A stretch of 64,000 bases of DNA. Source: a phage. The stretch lies in the sequence record PZ445439.1; one strand, given 5' to 3'. Below are positions 27,095 through 36,429 of the stretch, one piece after another. Each line of letters begins with the position of its first letter. Within the stretch, counting starts at the first letter, position 1. The notes below the pieces were generated by a model that searched no databases, had not been told where the DNA came from, and was given only the letters and a program-made list of their open reading frames with translations. The position numbers were made by a program, and so were the translations under genes.

Positions 27095-27124
27095 ATTATA
27101 CCACAGTTAAGAGGAAAAGTAAAC
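27095..27124 (-). promoter_or_regulatory. T4 early promoter with extended -10 (TGGTATAAT) and -35 GTTTAC
   Basis: minus strand GTTTACT-18 nt-TGGTATAAT then AAGAGGAG RBS of regB; -10 embedded in 9-bp inverted repeat CTCTTAACT/AGTTAAGAG. Confidence 0.6.
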
Positions 27125-27126
27125 AG

Positions 27127-27447
27127 TTATTCTTTAAATCTGATCAATTTATTCATAGACTTTGAAACTTCTGCTCGAACCTCATGTAGATTTTTGAGCT
27201 GCTCAAGACGCTGCTCATAGTAAGCAATTTCGTCTTCTTCAAGACAGTCGTCAGAATCTTCTTTAAGATAACGTGCATAGTCCTGGAAAGCTTTACGGAC
27301 TACTTCCTGGAAATCATCAAGACTTTGAATTTTCTTAGGAGCGGCAGATACACGACGAGGTGCAGTATAATACTCATAACCAAACCCTGCGCTTAATTGA
27401 GCCATTAATATTTTTCCTCTGGTTGGAATACAGCACGGCAAGCCCAC
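27127..27447 (-). CDS. hypothetical protein
   Basis: 106 aa ORF; likely starts at internal Met. Confidence 0.4.
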   Translation of the reverse strand: MGLPCCIPTRGKILMAQLSAGFGYEYYTAPRRVSAAPKKIQSLDDFQEVVRKAFQDYARYLKEDSDDCLEEDEIAYYEQRLEQLKNLHEVRAEVSKSMNKLIRFKE

Positions 27448-27707
27448 ATACTTGCTTCTTTGAGTTTCGTTTTAGCAATAGTTAACTGATCGAGGCTTTC
27501 GGCGTAATTATTCGCGAGTTCATCATCTTCACAGCTATCAAATGCTTCCCAGAATTCATCATATAAAGCATCAAAGATAAGTCCTAAACGAACTTCAGCA
27601 TCTTTAATAGCATTCACTTTACCGATTTTTTCGTCGGTATGTGGCTTATAACCTTTAATATCTTCAATCATATTTGACTTCCTCACCAGTGCACAAATCG
27701 TATTCAA
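27405..27707 (-). CDS. hypothetical protein (positional equivalent of T4 vs.4/Acb2 region)
   Basis: about 90-100 aa helical acidic protein; assignment by synteny only. Confidence 0.4.
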   Translation of the reverse strand: MNTICALVRKSNMIEDIKGYKPHTDEKIGKVNAIKDAEVRLGLIFDALYDEFWEAFDSCEDDELANNYAESLDQLTIAKTKLKEASMWACRAVFQPEEKY

Positions 27708-27885
27708 CTAAACGAATAGGTTCATGAATGCCATATCCTTGAACAGAAATTTCTGTCGTAGGATAAATTCCATCAATATCACCCATATTCCACGCTTCAT
27801 TAAATTGCTGTTCGCCTGAATTACTAAACCATTCGGCGAAAGCATTTAGTACATCTTTAGAACCTTCAATAATTATCTTTGCCAT
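27664..27885 (-). CDS. hypothetical small acidic protein
   Basis: 73 aa. Confidence 0.4.
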   Translation of the reverse strand: MAKIIIEGSKDVLNAFAEWFSNSGEQQFNEAWNMGDIDGIYPTTEISVQGYGIHEPIRLVEYDLCTGEEVKYD

Positions 27886-28247
27886 TACAAACTCTCGGTA
27901 AAGGTACGAGCGATAACGTCGCGTTGCTGTTCCGGAGTCAGAGAGTTAAAGCGAACTGCATAACCGGATACACGGATGGTCAGCTGCGGATATTTTTCCG
28001 GATGCTTAACTGCATCTTCCAGAGTTTCACGACGCAGAACGTTAACGTTCAGGTGTTGACCACCTTCAATTTTAACTGTAGGCTGTGGCTCAATTTCAAT
28101 TTCACGGGCATGCAAACCATAGAAAATTTCTGGGTCTACAAAAGAGTCCTCTTTAAAGGTTTTAGAAACGATAATTCGTGCTTGAATACCATCTTCAAAA
28201 TAAATAGTACCTTTGTGCGTGCCTTCAAGAATTTGATATGCTTTCAT
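27885..28247 (-). CDS. autonomous glycyl-radical cofactor (GrcA/YfiD-like)
   Basis: C-terminal glycyl radical signature RVSGYAVRF; 120 aa. Confidence 0.7.
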   Translation of the reverse strand: MKAYQILEGTHKGTIYFEDGIQARIIVSKTFKEDSFVDPEIFYGLHAREIEIEPQPTVKIEGGQHLNVNVLRRETLEDAVKHPEKYPQLTIRVSGYAVRFNSLTPEQQRDVIARTFTESL

Positions 28248-28254
28248 ATAAACC

Positions 28255-28635
28255 TCAATTAGAAAATAAATTTATCCAAGATTGTTCTTTAATTAAAAAT
28301 GGCTCAGAATCATATGCCATTAAACTCTGGGTAATTAATCCTTTAAAAGGTCCATCAATAAACTCCATTGTAAAATATGGAATTTTATTCATTAACCGTG
28401 CATTAGGAGCAGTACACAAAACTCTACATCCTTTGAATACACCTTTTTGTAGTTTATACTGCTTAGGATAAAATTCGCTCAAAATGTTGTTATTTGCCAA
28501 AATTTCAAAATGATTCACCAATTTATTTTTAATAGTTTTTGGCGAAAAATAAAGATATTCGAAAAGCTGCGCATCTGTCATCATTGCATTCCGATTACGA
28601 AAAACTGTGGACGAGTAATACCACCAATGCAGCAT
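28255..28635 (-). CDS. hypothetical protein
   Basis: 126 aa ORF; start probably internal. Confidence 0.35.
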   Translation of the reverse strand: MLHWWYYSSTVFRNRNAMMTDAQLFEYLYFSPKTIKNKLVNHFEILANNNILSEFYPKQYKLQKGVFKGCRVLCTAPNARLMNKIPYFTMEFIDGPFKGLITQSLMAYDSEPFLIKEQSWINLFSN

Positions 28636-29120
28636 TTACTTTTACAGCAATGTTGCACAGTTTCAATATGAATGTCGTAAATCTTATCCATATCAGGAGA
28701 TTTAACGGGCTCATCAATTATATACAAAATTCGCGAAAGCGATAAACCTCTGAACTTGCTACCTCTATTACCAATAAAACTGCGTATAGAATCAGTAAAT
28801 AAACGAAAACGTATATCATCATTAGAATAACGCGAAAATTCCTTTTTAATGTTATCTGCAGAAATTTTAGCGTAAGCTGAAGTATTAGAAAGAACAATAA
28901 CTGTTCCGCCATCATACAACCAATTAGCAGCAAAATTAGTCACAGCAATTGATTTACCGGATTGACGACCACCATCTAGTCGAAGTGTGCAATACTGCTT
29001 GAGTAAGTCTTCAAATGGTGGGATATAATCGTTTTTACAAATTTCTTCTACTCTAGCATCAGAATGGTGTGTAAAAGCATTCATCAGGGATAGATAAGGA
29101 CCAGTTAAAAATGTTCTCAT
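28581..29120 (-). CDS. small P-loop NTPase-like protein
   Basis: Walker A-like GGRQSGKS and Walker B-like ILYIIDEP; ATG at 29120. Confidence 0.45.
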   Translation of the reverse strand: MRTFLTGPYLSLMNAFTHHSDARVEEICKNDYIPPFEDLLKQYCTLRLDGGRQSGKSIAVTNFAANWLYDGGTVIVLSNTSAYAKISADNIKKEFSRYSNDDIRFRLFTDSIRSFIGNRGSKFRGLSLSRILYIIDEPVKSPDMDKIYDIHIETVQHCCKSKCCIGGITRPQFFVIGMQ

Positions 29121-29277
29121 TTTATTCTCTCTAAATTTGGGCCATTCCATGGCGCATGAATTGTCCATTTCTGTATTTACCCATTACCGCACTTGGGCTC
29201 GACCTTATTACAGGTTGGCGGGAATCCCTCATAGAATCATGAGGTCCAGGTTGTTCCCATTTTATTTGAATGTAAAT

Positions 29278-29295
29278 AGGCCTAAGTATCGGCCT
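29278..29295 (-). terminator. hairpin AGGCC-(loop)-GGCCU
   Basis: inverted repeat directly 3' of internal-protein gene. Confidence 0.4.
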
Positions 29296-29297
29296 TA

Positions 29298-29876
29298 TTA
29301 ATTACCACGGGCTGCATTAGCAACGGCGTAAGCGTACTGAACATTAGCGTCCTTAAACGTACCTTTAGAGGTATCTATTTCTGCCTTAAAGCCGCCTTTA
29401 GCCATAACATCGGCAAATTCTTTACGGAAAGCCATTGCATCAAGACCTTTCCATGATGATTTGTGCTTGGCGAATTCAAGACCAGCGTAGTTGACAGCCT
29501 TAGCTAATTTATTATCAATGACCCATTTACCGGCTTTAGGCACAAACTTCGGGCCTTTTTGTTTAGAGAACAGTTTTAAATTCCAGCGACGAAGATCACT
29601 GTCGGCTTTAACAAAAGCTGCGTCTAAGTTACTAGCAACAACATCTTCAATATGAGCAAATTTAAGTCCGTCAACTTCAATATTTAAATCGGTACGCCAG
29701 CGAAGTCCTTCCCAAGCGAAAGCTTTAAAATCGGAAGCTTTTGTAGCTAAGTATCGTTCAAGTGGAGCAGTTTTAGGGTCAAAGCCGTTTCCACCACGAT
29801 AGTTCCACTCGTCCTTATTAATGCCTTTGGCCTTTACTACAGAAGCTTCAGCAATAAATTCTTGATACGTTTTCAT
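29298..29876 (-). CDS. capsid internal protein with N-terminal capsid-targeting sequence (IPIII-like)
   Basis: N-terminus MKTYQEFIAE followed by basic Lys/Ala-rich body; 192 aa. Confidence 0.7.
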   Translation of the reverse strand: MKTYQEFIAEASVVKAKGINKDEWNYRGGNGFDPKTAPLERYLATKASDFKAFAWEGLRWRTDLNIEVDGLKFAHIEDVVASNLDAAFVKADSDLRRWNLKLFSKQKGPKFVPKAGKWVIDNKLAKAVNYAGLEFAKHKSSWKGLDAMAFRKEFADVMAKGGFKAEIDTSKGTFKDANVQYAYAVANAARGN

Positions 29877-29901
29877 TTTGTTCCTATTGATTTAATTTAT
29901 G

Positions 29902-30216
29902 TTATTCTTTAGGGAAGTTTTTAGAGTATGCATCATAAAGTTTATTACCGATGCGACGGAAGACTTTAGCTGCAAAACGGTTTTCAGGGTTTTTAATCAT
30001 GATTTGCATCATGTAAGTTCCTGCATCCGAAAGAGCTTCTTCATAGTACCCATTAATTTCTTTAAGAGTCCTACGTTTACCGCCAGGACCGTCAACAGTA
30101 ATTTTCCATTTACCTGTAGAAGTGCGGCTCGGTGGCTCAACTTGTTCAATCCAAATATAACCACCTTCAACGCGTTGGTTGGCGGATTCTGCAATAAATT
30201 CTTGATACGTTTTCAT
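29902..30216 (-). CDS. capsid internal protein (CTS-bearing)
   Basis: N-terminus MKTYQEFIAE; 104 aa; own early promoter. Confidence 0.65.
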   Translation of the reverse strand: MKTYQEFIAESANQRVEGGYIWIEQVEPPSRTSTGKWKITVDGPGGKRRTLKEINGYYEEALSDAGTYMMQIMIKNPENRFAAKVFRRIGNKLYDAYSKNFPKE

Positions 30217-30246
30217 TTTTGTTTCCTTGTTTGTTTTGATAGAGTA

Positions 30247-30276
30247 ATTATATCATATTAATACTTAAGCGTAAAC
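30247..30276 (-). promoter_or_regulatory. T4 early-type promoter (-35 GTTTAC, -10 TATAAT)
   Basis: minus strand GTTTACGCTTAAGTATTAATATGATATAAT upstream of 29902..30216. Confidence 0.5.
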
Positions 30277-30279
30277 TGT

Positions 30280-30540
30280 TTAAGCTTTACCACCAGAAAT
30301 AATTCCGAAGTTGTTAAAATCATATCCAATATCGTCAACATCTACTTTAGGGCTTGCTACAACATAAGCAATTTCACTACGTTTTGCATAGGTGTTTATT
30401 TCTCTACCATCGCCGCCTAGGAAAGAATACCCATTACGTTTTAATGAGCCAAAATCTTCGGCATCACCAACGAAAGCTTTAACTTTAAATTTGGGGCCTT
30501 TGGCATCTGCTTCAGCGATAAATTCTTGATACATTTTCAT
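30280..30540 (-). CDS. capsid internal protein (CTS-bearing), 86 aa
   Basis: N-terminus MKMYQEFIAE. Confidence 0.65.
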   Translation of the reverse strand: MKMYQEFIAEADAKGPKFKVKAFVGDAEDFGSLKRNGYSFLGGDGREINTYAKRSEIAYVVASPKVDVDDIGYDFNNFGIISGGKA

Positions 30541-30546
30541 TTTTCC

Positions 30547-30960
30547 TTAGTAAATTGATTTACCATAGTATTTGTACCAAGTAGGGCGTTGAGCAATTTT
30601 TTCATCTAAGCGAGCTTGACTTATCGCAATGGACGCTTCGGACGGGACATAATTATTACGAAATTCGACAGGGATGTCGGAAATATCCTGGACAGTCGTG
30701 TCCTTGATTTTGAAACCACGTTTCAAGCATTCAGCGATTAGCTCGATTTGACGTAAACGTAAAAATTCGAGTTTGTCGTAAAAGAATGTTACGTGACCTG
30801 TGCCTAAGATAAATGTTGGAGAGATTTTAAAATCCTTTACACGTTTACCGTTTTGAACATGTTTACGGACTGCACCAAATACGCGTGGTAATTCACGATA
30901 CTCAGCCATAAGATGTTGGTCGGTCAGTTCAGAAACAAGTGTTAAATTGATACGAGTCAT
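30547..30960 (-). CDS. denV: endonuclease V (pyrimidine dimer DNA glycosylase)
   Basis: [12 protein letters not shown]...[11 protein letters not shown]; 137 aa from ATG at 30960 with GGAGGA RBS. Confidence 0.9.
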   Translation of the reverse strand: MTRINLTLVSELTDQHLMAEYRELPRVFGAVRKHVQNGKRVKDFKISPTFILGTGHVTFFYDKLEFLRLRQIELIAECLKRGFKIKDTTVQDISDIPVEFRNNYVPSEASIAISQARLDEKIAQRPTWYKYYGKSIY

Positions 30961-31018
30961 AATTTCCTCCAAGTAATTGATGAATGTATAGTATCAAAGT
31001 CCTTGGAGGAAGTAAACA

Positions 31019-31821
<803 letters not shown>

Positions 31822-32277
31822 TTAAAAGAGGCTGTTCATTATTCGGTAAAGTGAAGGACCCATCACATATTGCCACTGAGTACGAGGAATAAGAGCAAAA
31901 GCATCCATCTCTGGAATCATAACGCCATCTTTATTTTCAAAATAAGACTCGCAATGGCAATTTCTGAACATCTCATGCTCTACTGGAATCGTATAATAAA
32001 ATAGCTGTAAGTCTTTATTACTAGAATATTTAAATACACCTAGGTCTTCTAGAAGGTCTGGATTATAATTGCTAAAACCAGTCTCTTCTAAGCATTCTCT
32101 TCGTGCTGCATCTAATGCGCTTAAATCGGAATTTTCTACACGACCCTTTGGAATATCCCAACGATGTGCCATCATTCCAGGCTTACGAGAACCAGTAACC
32201 CGACCCATAAATAAATCTTTATCTTCTGTCATAAAGATAATACCAGCTGATAATGTTTTCATTTTAATTTCCTGCAT
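31822..32277 (-). CDS. nudE: Nudix hydrolase
   Basis: Nudix box GRVENSDLSALDAARRECLEETG; 151 aa (alternative start at 32262). Confidence 0.85.
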   Translation of the reverse strand: MQEIKMKTLSAGIIFMTEDKDLFMGRVTGSRKPGMMAHRWDIPKGRVENSDLSALDAARRECLEETGFSNYNPDLLEDLGVFKYSSNKDLQLFYYTIPVEHEMFRNCHCESYFENKDGVMIPEMDAFALIPRTQWQYVMGPSLYRIMNSLF

Positions 32278-32762
32278 TCAGTAATAAAGTTATTTAAATT
32301 TTGAGTATATTTCTTTTCATCAAAAATCTTTTGTTGTCTGCGTAAACGCCATGGCATTTCAATGAACACGCACCATATTCCTGATAATATTGCTGCAGTA
32401 AAAATATTAACAAATATAGTACAAAGAGCCCAATCTCCTATTCTGTCCATTGGATTTTTTCCAAAGAAGTAAAATACGAATGATGACACAGGAAGACTGA
32501 TAGTATACCACAGAAGCATATTCTTGTCTGTAAACCAATCAGCGTTCGTTAACTTAGCGCGACCATTTTGAATACACACGAATTTATCATCTGTTACAGT
32601 AGATGGCTTAACTGGTTGATATCCCATTCTAAACTCCCTAATTAGCAAATTTTTCATATCTTCGGAACAGCCACTCCAGTCAACTCTATCAACTGAAATG
32701 CCATCATCCCCATCATCTAAATCATACCAGCGAGTTTTTAAAATCATCTGATTTTCCTGCAA
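32259..32762 (-). CDS. membrane protein, C-terminal F-x-x-ECRK motif family
   Basis: hydrophobic helices; C-terminus NNFITECRKLK. Confidence 0.5.
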   Translation of the reverse strand: MQENQMILKTRWYDLDDGDDGISVDRVDWSGCSEDMKNLLIREFRMGYQPVKPSTVTDDKFVCIQNGRAKLTNADWFTDKNMLLWYTISLPVSSFVFYFFGKNPMDRIGDWALCTIFVNIFTAAILSGIWCVFIEMPWRLRRQQKIFDEKKYTQNLNNFITECRKLK

Positions 32763-33106
32763 TCACTCACAAACTCTTTCATTGATTCATTTTCAATATA
32801 AGACATGTAGCTGTTATATTCTTTTAATTGTATTTTGTAATCCTTTTTTCTTTGCCAATTTATTTTAAAATTATCATAATGAAAATATAACATGATACCA
32901 AAGAATGAAAATGATGAAATCGCTATAGTATAATGAAGTTCACTCCAAACTTCTATTATATTTACTGTGCCGTCGATATTTAAAATAAGACAGTCAATTA
33001 ACAATCCAATAAGACTACCCGCAAGAGCTGCAGCCAACGCCACAGCAAAAATTAAAAATGACTCAGGAAACGAATATTTGACTTTATTTAGTTTTGGCTT
33101 TTGCAC
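32744..33106 (-). CDS. membrane protein, same family
   Basis: two TM segments; C-terminus KEFVSDCRKIR. Confidence 0.5.
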   Translation of the reverse strand: MQKPKLNKVKYSFPESFLIFAVALAAALAGSLIGLLIDCLILNIDGTVNIIEVWSELHYTIAISSFSFFGIMLYFHYDNFKINWQRKKDYKIQLKEYNSYMSYIENESMKEFVSDCRKIR

Positions 33107-33501
33107 CGTGATTCCTTAACAAATTTCATAATTTCATCAAATTCATACGCAGCAAGTTTAAGCTGGTGTTCCTTTTTAATCTTTTTACACTGAGCTTTCC
33201 AATCGCGTATGCGTTTACGATAATGTCTTCCTTGATACCAGTATCCTACCCAATTTACAGGTACTAATAAAAATGGAACTATCATTGGAAGAATTAGTGT
33301 TGACGCAAATATTATATTAGATTCAATATCAGTCATAACATCTATAACTATTCCAACCCCCAGTAGAATTACAAATGATACAGCTATTACAGGACCTATT
33401 AATACATCAGTAGAAATTAGCTGGCGCTTTAATTCATACTTCAACGGTTTACTTGGAAGATACATTGATGGCTTTGACATATTCTCTACATTCCTTAACA
33501 A
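33088..33501 (-). CDS. membrane protein, same family
   Basis: two TM segments; C-terminus MKFVKESRCKSQN. Confidence 0.5.
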   Translation of the reverse strand: MLRNVENMSKPSMYLPSKPLKYELKRQLISTDVLIGPVIAVSFVILLGVGIVIDVMTDIESNIIFASTLILPMIVPFLLVPVNWVGYWYQGRHYRKRIRDWKAQCKKIKKEHQLKLAAYEFDEIMKFVKESRCKSQN

Positions 33502-34057
33502 ATTTTTCTAGTAATAAATCGCTTTCAAAATTAGGATTTTCCACGAATTTATCAAAAAGATCATCAACAACGGTTAAAATATTCTTTTTGCTAAGAATAC
33601 GTTTATTTTCATGCTTCGTTTCAGAATCAACTATAAGAGTAAAGAAATATTTCTTGCCACGAAATTTTACGGTAGTATCAATATAAAATAAATTTGACTT
33701 TTGTAAATTACGTTTAAACCATGCGTCACTCAAACTATAAATGCCAAGATAATCATAATCGTCATTTAAATAACAAACTGTCCATTCAGGAGAAATGAAA
33801 TCAGTAAATTCAACATCAAAATCACAGGTCAATGAATGAATTGATTCAATACTGTTAATAAGTATTCCAGGACGTATTAAAGACTTTTTACCTCTTGAAA
33901 ATCTTCCAGAAAGGCTTTCATCAGTTTCATATGAAGAACCCCAATAGTAATTACGTCCTTCTGCCATGCGTTTAAGAGCATTTAGTAATTGGTCTGGAAC
34001 ATCAACCTGTCTTTGGAACTCTTCAAACATTGAATTGAAATCACTTTGCATTTTCAT
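33449..34057 (-). CDS. soluble protein carrying related EKFVKECREYV motif
   Basis: 202 aa; no TM; motif shared with three downstream membrane proteins. Confidence 0.5.
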   Translation of the reverse strand: MKMQSDFNSMFEEFQRQVDVPDQLLNALKRMAEGRNYYWGSSYETDESLSGRFSRGKKSLIRPGILINSIESIHSLTCDFDVEFTDFISPEWTVCYLNDDYDYLGIYSLSDAWFKRNLQKSNLFYIDTTVKFRGKKYFFTLIVDSETKHENKRILSKKNILTVVDDLFDKFVENPNFESDLLLEKFVKECREYVKAINVSSK

Positions 34058-34078
34058 TCCTATTTACTCCAAGTAATA

Positions 34079-34092
34079 GGGGCCGAAGCCCC
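34079..34092 (-). terminator. hairpin GGGGC-UUCG-GCCCC
   Basis: inverted repeat GGGGCCGAAGCCCC 3' of 34099..34692. Confidence 0.5.
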
Positions 34093-34098
34093 TTATTA

Positions 34099-34692
34099 TC
34101 ATTTCAGAGAATTAATGTATTCCTGAACATCGGCAGAGGTAGTTTCAACCCCGGAAATATTACCATTAAAGGTTTCAACTCGAGCAAGGGTATCTTCAAT
34201 ATCAACCTTAGTCAGCGCTGCAATTTCAACTACATCATCGGCAGTACTAATTCCAAGGGCATTTGCTGCACGAGTTTCACGGATATATTCCAATTTAACT
34301 GCAAGTTCTTGGCGAGCATCATCTAACTCAACTACTTTCTTGGCGATTTCAATTCGCATTTCAGCATAACCGTCAGCCTTAGTAGTCAACTGCTCAGCTG
34401 TTCGACGATATAGTAAACCGAGTTTAGCATGCATTGTTACATCTTGACCTTCAGAAAGAAGCTTGCGAATTTCACGCTCTTTTGATTCGGCCTGCTTATT
34501 CTTTTCGACAATAAGTTCACGAATACGTTTTTCTTCATTAATAGATTTAACAGAAGCAGTTTTTAGGTCTTTAATTTTATCAAGTAGTTTTGCTGCTGCA
34601 GCAGTATACTGTTCTTCAACAGATAAATTTTTAGCCATAGCAGAACCAAGTTTAGTGCGAATAAACTCAACAATTTTCTTCAGTGTGTTCAT
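34099..34692 (-). CDS. long coiled-coil protein, PspA/IM30-like
   Basis: 197 aa almost entirely heptad-type helix; pattern resembles PspA family (low certainty). Confidence 0.4.
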
Positions 34693-34735
34693 AGTATTTC
34701 CTTAGGTTAATTAAGATTTAAAATCCATGAGAGTA

Positions 34736-34912
34736 TTATACTCCGGATAGTTTGTAAACTATTTTAACATCGCCTTTTGCTGCTTTATAACCTTCAGCCC
34801 AAGATATAACAGAGTTTTTATCTGAAGATTCAAATTCTGGCATTGGGCTTTCGCCAATGTTCACACAATATGTTTCTTCATTTTCGTCGAACCAAATAAT
34901 TAAAGTAGTCAT
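34736..34912 (-). CDS. hypothetical small protein (below ORF-track cut-off)
   Basis: 58 codons MTTLIIWFDENEETYCVNIGESPMPEF...; GGAGAAAT RBS. Confidence 0.35.
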   Translation of the reverse strand: MTTLIIWFDENEETYCVNIGESPMPEFESSDKNSVISWAEGYKAAKGDVKIVYKLSGV

Positions 34913-34980
34913 TTATTTCTCCGTTTCTATATTTGTTTTGATAAGTCTATAATAACACCGTCCTTGGTGTTTGTACACAA

Positions 34981-35256
34981 TTATTTCATATTATTGAAAT
35001 ATTCTTCTGCGATTTCGTCGTTATCATGGTAAACTTTAGAAGACAGTTTAACATAACCTTCAGCAGCGAACATGTTAATCACAACCTTTACAGTATACCA
35101 CTGACCGTCTTCATTACCCATTACTGCATAGGTTTCAAACATCGGATGGTCAGGACCGATAACTTTAATATCATTCACCGTACGACCAAAATCTTCTGAA
35201 ACACATTTCATAAAGAAGTTGAACAGTTCACCGTAATTATCCATTTCGTTCTCCAA
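34981..35256 (-). CDS. hypothetical acidic protein
   Basis: 91 aa; early promoter and GGAGAA RBS upstream. Confidence 0.5.
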   Translation of the reverse strand: MENEMDNYGELFNFFMKCVSEDFGRTVNDIKVIGPDHPMFETYAVMGNEDGQWYTVKVVINMFAAEGYVKLSSKVYHDNDEIAEEYFNNMK

Positions 35257-35273
35257 GTTGTTTTCTGTATCAG

Positions 35274-35296
35274 TAGTTGATAGTTGTATAGTACCA
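35274..35296 (-). repeat. 23-bp promoter-associated repeat (copy 3)
   Basis: identical to 17692..17714 and 19131..19153. Confidence 0.8.
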
Positions 35297-35317
35297 TGGA
35301 AGAACAGGGATGTAAAC
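35286..35317 (-). promoter_or_regulatory. T4 early-type promoter with UP element
   Basis: minus strand TTTTTTCACAAAACTGTTTACA...TACTATAC. Confidence 0.55.
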
Positions 35318-35440
35318 AGTTTTGTGAAAAAATTTTTAAAAAGTTTTGGGGAATTCTAGGGCAGGGAGAGGCAATTAAAGGATAGGATAATATATTATAA
35401 AGGGTAGAAACTAAATGATGCCTAGAGAGGCCCGGAAAGG

Positions 35441-35471
35441 CTTAGATACCAAAAAGCCCCAACCTTTCGGC
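35441..35471 (-). repeat. 31-bp direct repeat containing terminator hairpin (copy A)
   Basis: aaaaagccccaacctttcggctgaggctaag; 30/31 identical to 36006..36036. Confidence 0.85.
35445..35468 (-). terminator. rho-independent terminator (stem AGCCUCA/UGGGGCU, GAAA-type loop, U5)
   Basis: hairpin followed by TTTTT on minus strand, 3' of CTS protein gene. Confidence 0.6.
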
Positions 35472-35485
35472 TGAGGCTAAGAATG

Positions 35486-35959
35486 TTATTTGATTTGTTT
35501 AGCAGACCAAATGCGGTCTTTAATAATTTTTTGGATGTCTTCAACATACTCAAGAGAGTGAACATGCGGGTTATCTTTGAAACTATAAGCACGAGCTAAC
35601 TTTTGGCCTTCAGTTTTGATTACTAAAAGCTCTTTAAGGATAGCTTCATATTTGGAGATAATTCCTTTAACAATATTTTTCTCTTGTGCTACTTTAGGAT
35701 CTGCTTTAGGAGCAGGTTTACCTGAAGCCTTTGCAAAAGCAGCTCCAGTAGCAACTAAACTTTTCCAAGCCATACTAACTGCATTTCCCGTAAATCCTTC
35801 TGCTTTCATATCGCGAGCAAATTGGAATCGCGATTCATCAGAAGCATCTTTATAGGAATATTTACCCGCGGCAATGGCAGCTTTTGCGACAGCTTGAATT
35901 TCAGTGCTAGATGCTTCATTTAACACCGCTTCATTTAAAAATTGAGCATATGATTTCAT
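35486..35959 (-). CDS. capsid-targeted internal protein-like protein (CTS-bearing), 157 aa
   Basis: N-terminus MKSYAQFLNE-AVLNE resembling MKTYQEFIAE CTS; late promoter upstream; flanked by terminator repeats. Confidence 0.6.
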   Translation of the reverse strand: MKSYAQFLNEAVLNEASSTEIQAVAKAAIAAGKYSYKDASDESRFQFARDMKAEGFTGNAVSMAWKSLVATGAAFAKASGKPAPKADPKVAQEKNIVKGIISKYEAILKELLVIKTEGQKLARAYSFKDNPHVHSLEYVEDIQKIIKDRIWSAKQIK

Positions 35960-35995
35960 CTTATTTCCTGTTTTAATTCGTGGTTTTAATATACT

Positions 35996-36003
35996 TATTT
36001 ATA
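35996..36003 (-). promoter_or_regulatory. late promoter TATAAATA
   Basis: minus strand GTATAAATAAG about 35 nt upstream of 35959 start. Confidence 0.45.
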
Positions 36004-36005
36004 CT

Positions 36006-36036
36006 AAAAAGCCCCAACCTTTCGGCTGGGGCTAAG
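36006..36036 (-). repeat. 31-bp direct repeat containing terminator hairpin (copy B)
   Basis: aaaaagccccaacctttcggctggggctaag. Confidence 0.85.
36010..36033 (-). terminator. rho-independent terminator of tRNA/stable-RNA operon
   Basis: perfect 7-bp stem AGCCCCA/UGGGGCU + inner CC/GG, followed by TTTTT. Confidence 0.65.
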
Positions 36037-36039
36037 CCT

Positions 36040-36349
36040 TGCGGCAACCTTGTCGGGGTTCCACCTGCTAAGGCAAGTGTTTGTACGAAACGCCGGGATT
36101 CGAACCCGGTTACCAAGCAGTTGACGCTACTCAATATTTTTAAAAGGCCATATCTCGACCATATCCGAACGTTCCGTCAAAAACGCTACTCGGCTTATGG
36201 CAAAGATATTTCCTCGAATCGATAATTCGGTGCGCCGTTTCTGCTGTGATATAAGGGGACATTAACAGATCGTAAAGATTTGTTAATGTCAGTCCTTAAA
36301 CAGGGAACATCAGTCCGACGACTTACCGGTAGCGACCCGGCTTCTTGTC
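36040..36349 (-). ncRNA. stable small RNA region (T4 species 1/2, rnaC/rnaD-like) with tRNA-like T-arm
   Basis: no ORF; canonical T-arm CCGGG-TTCGAAT-CCCGG and paired ends between tRNA-Arg and terminator; boundaries approximate. Confidence 0.45.
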
Positions 36350-36426
<77 letters not shown>

Positions 36427-36429
36427 TAG

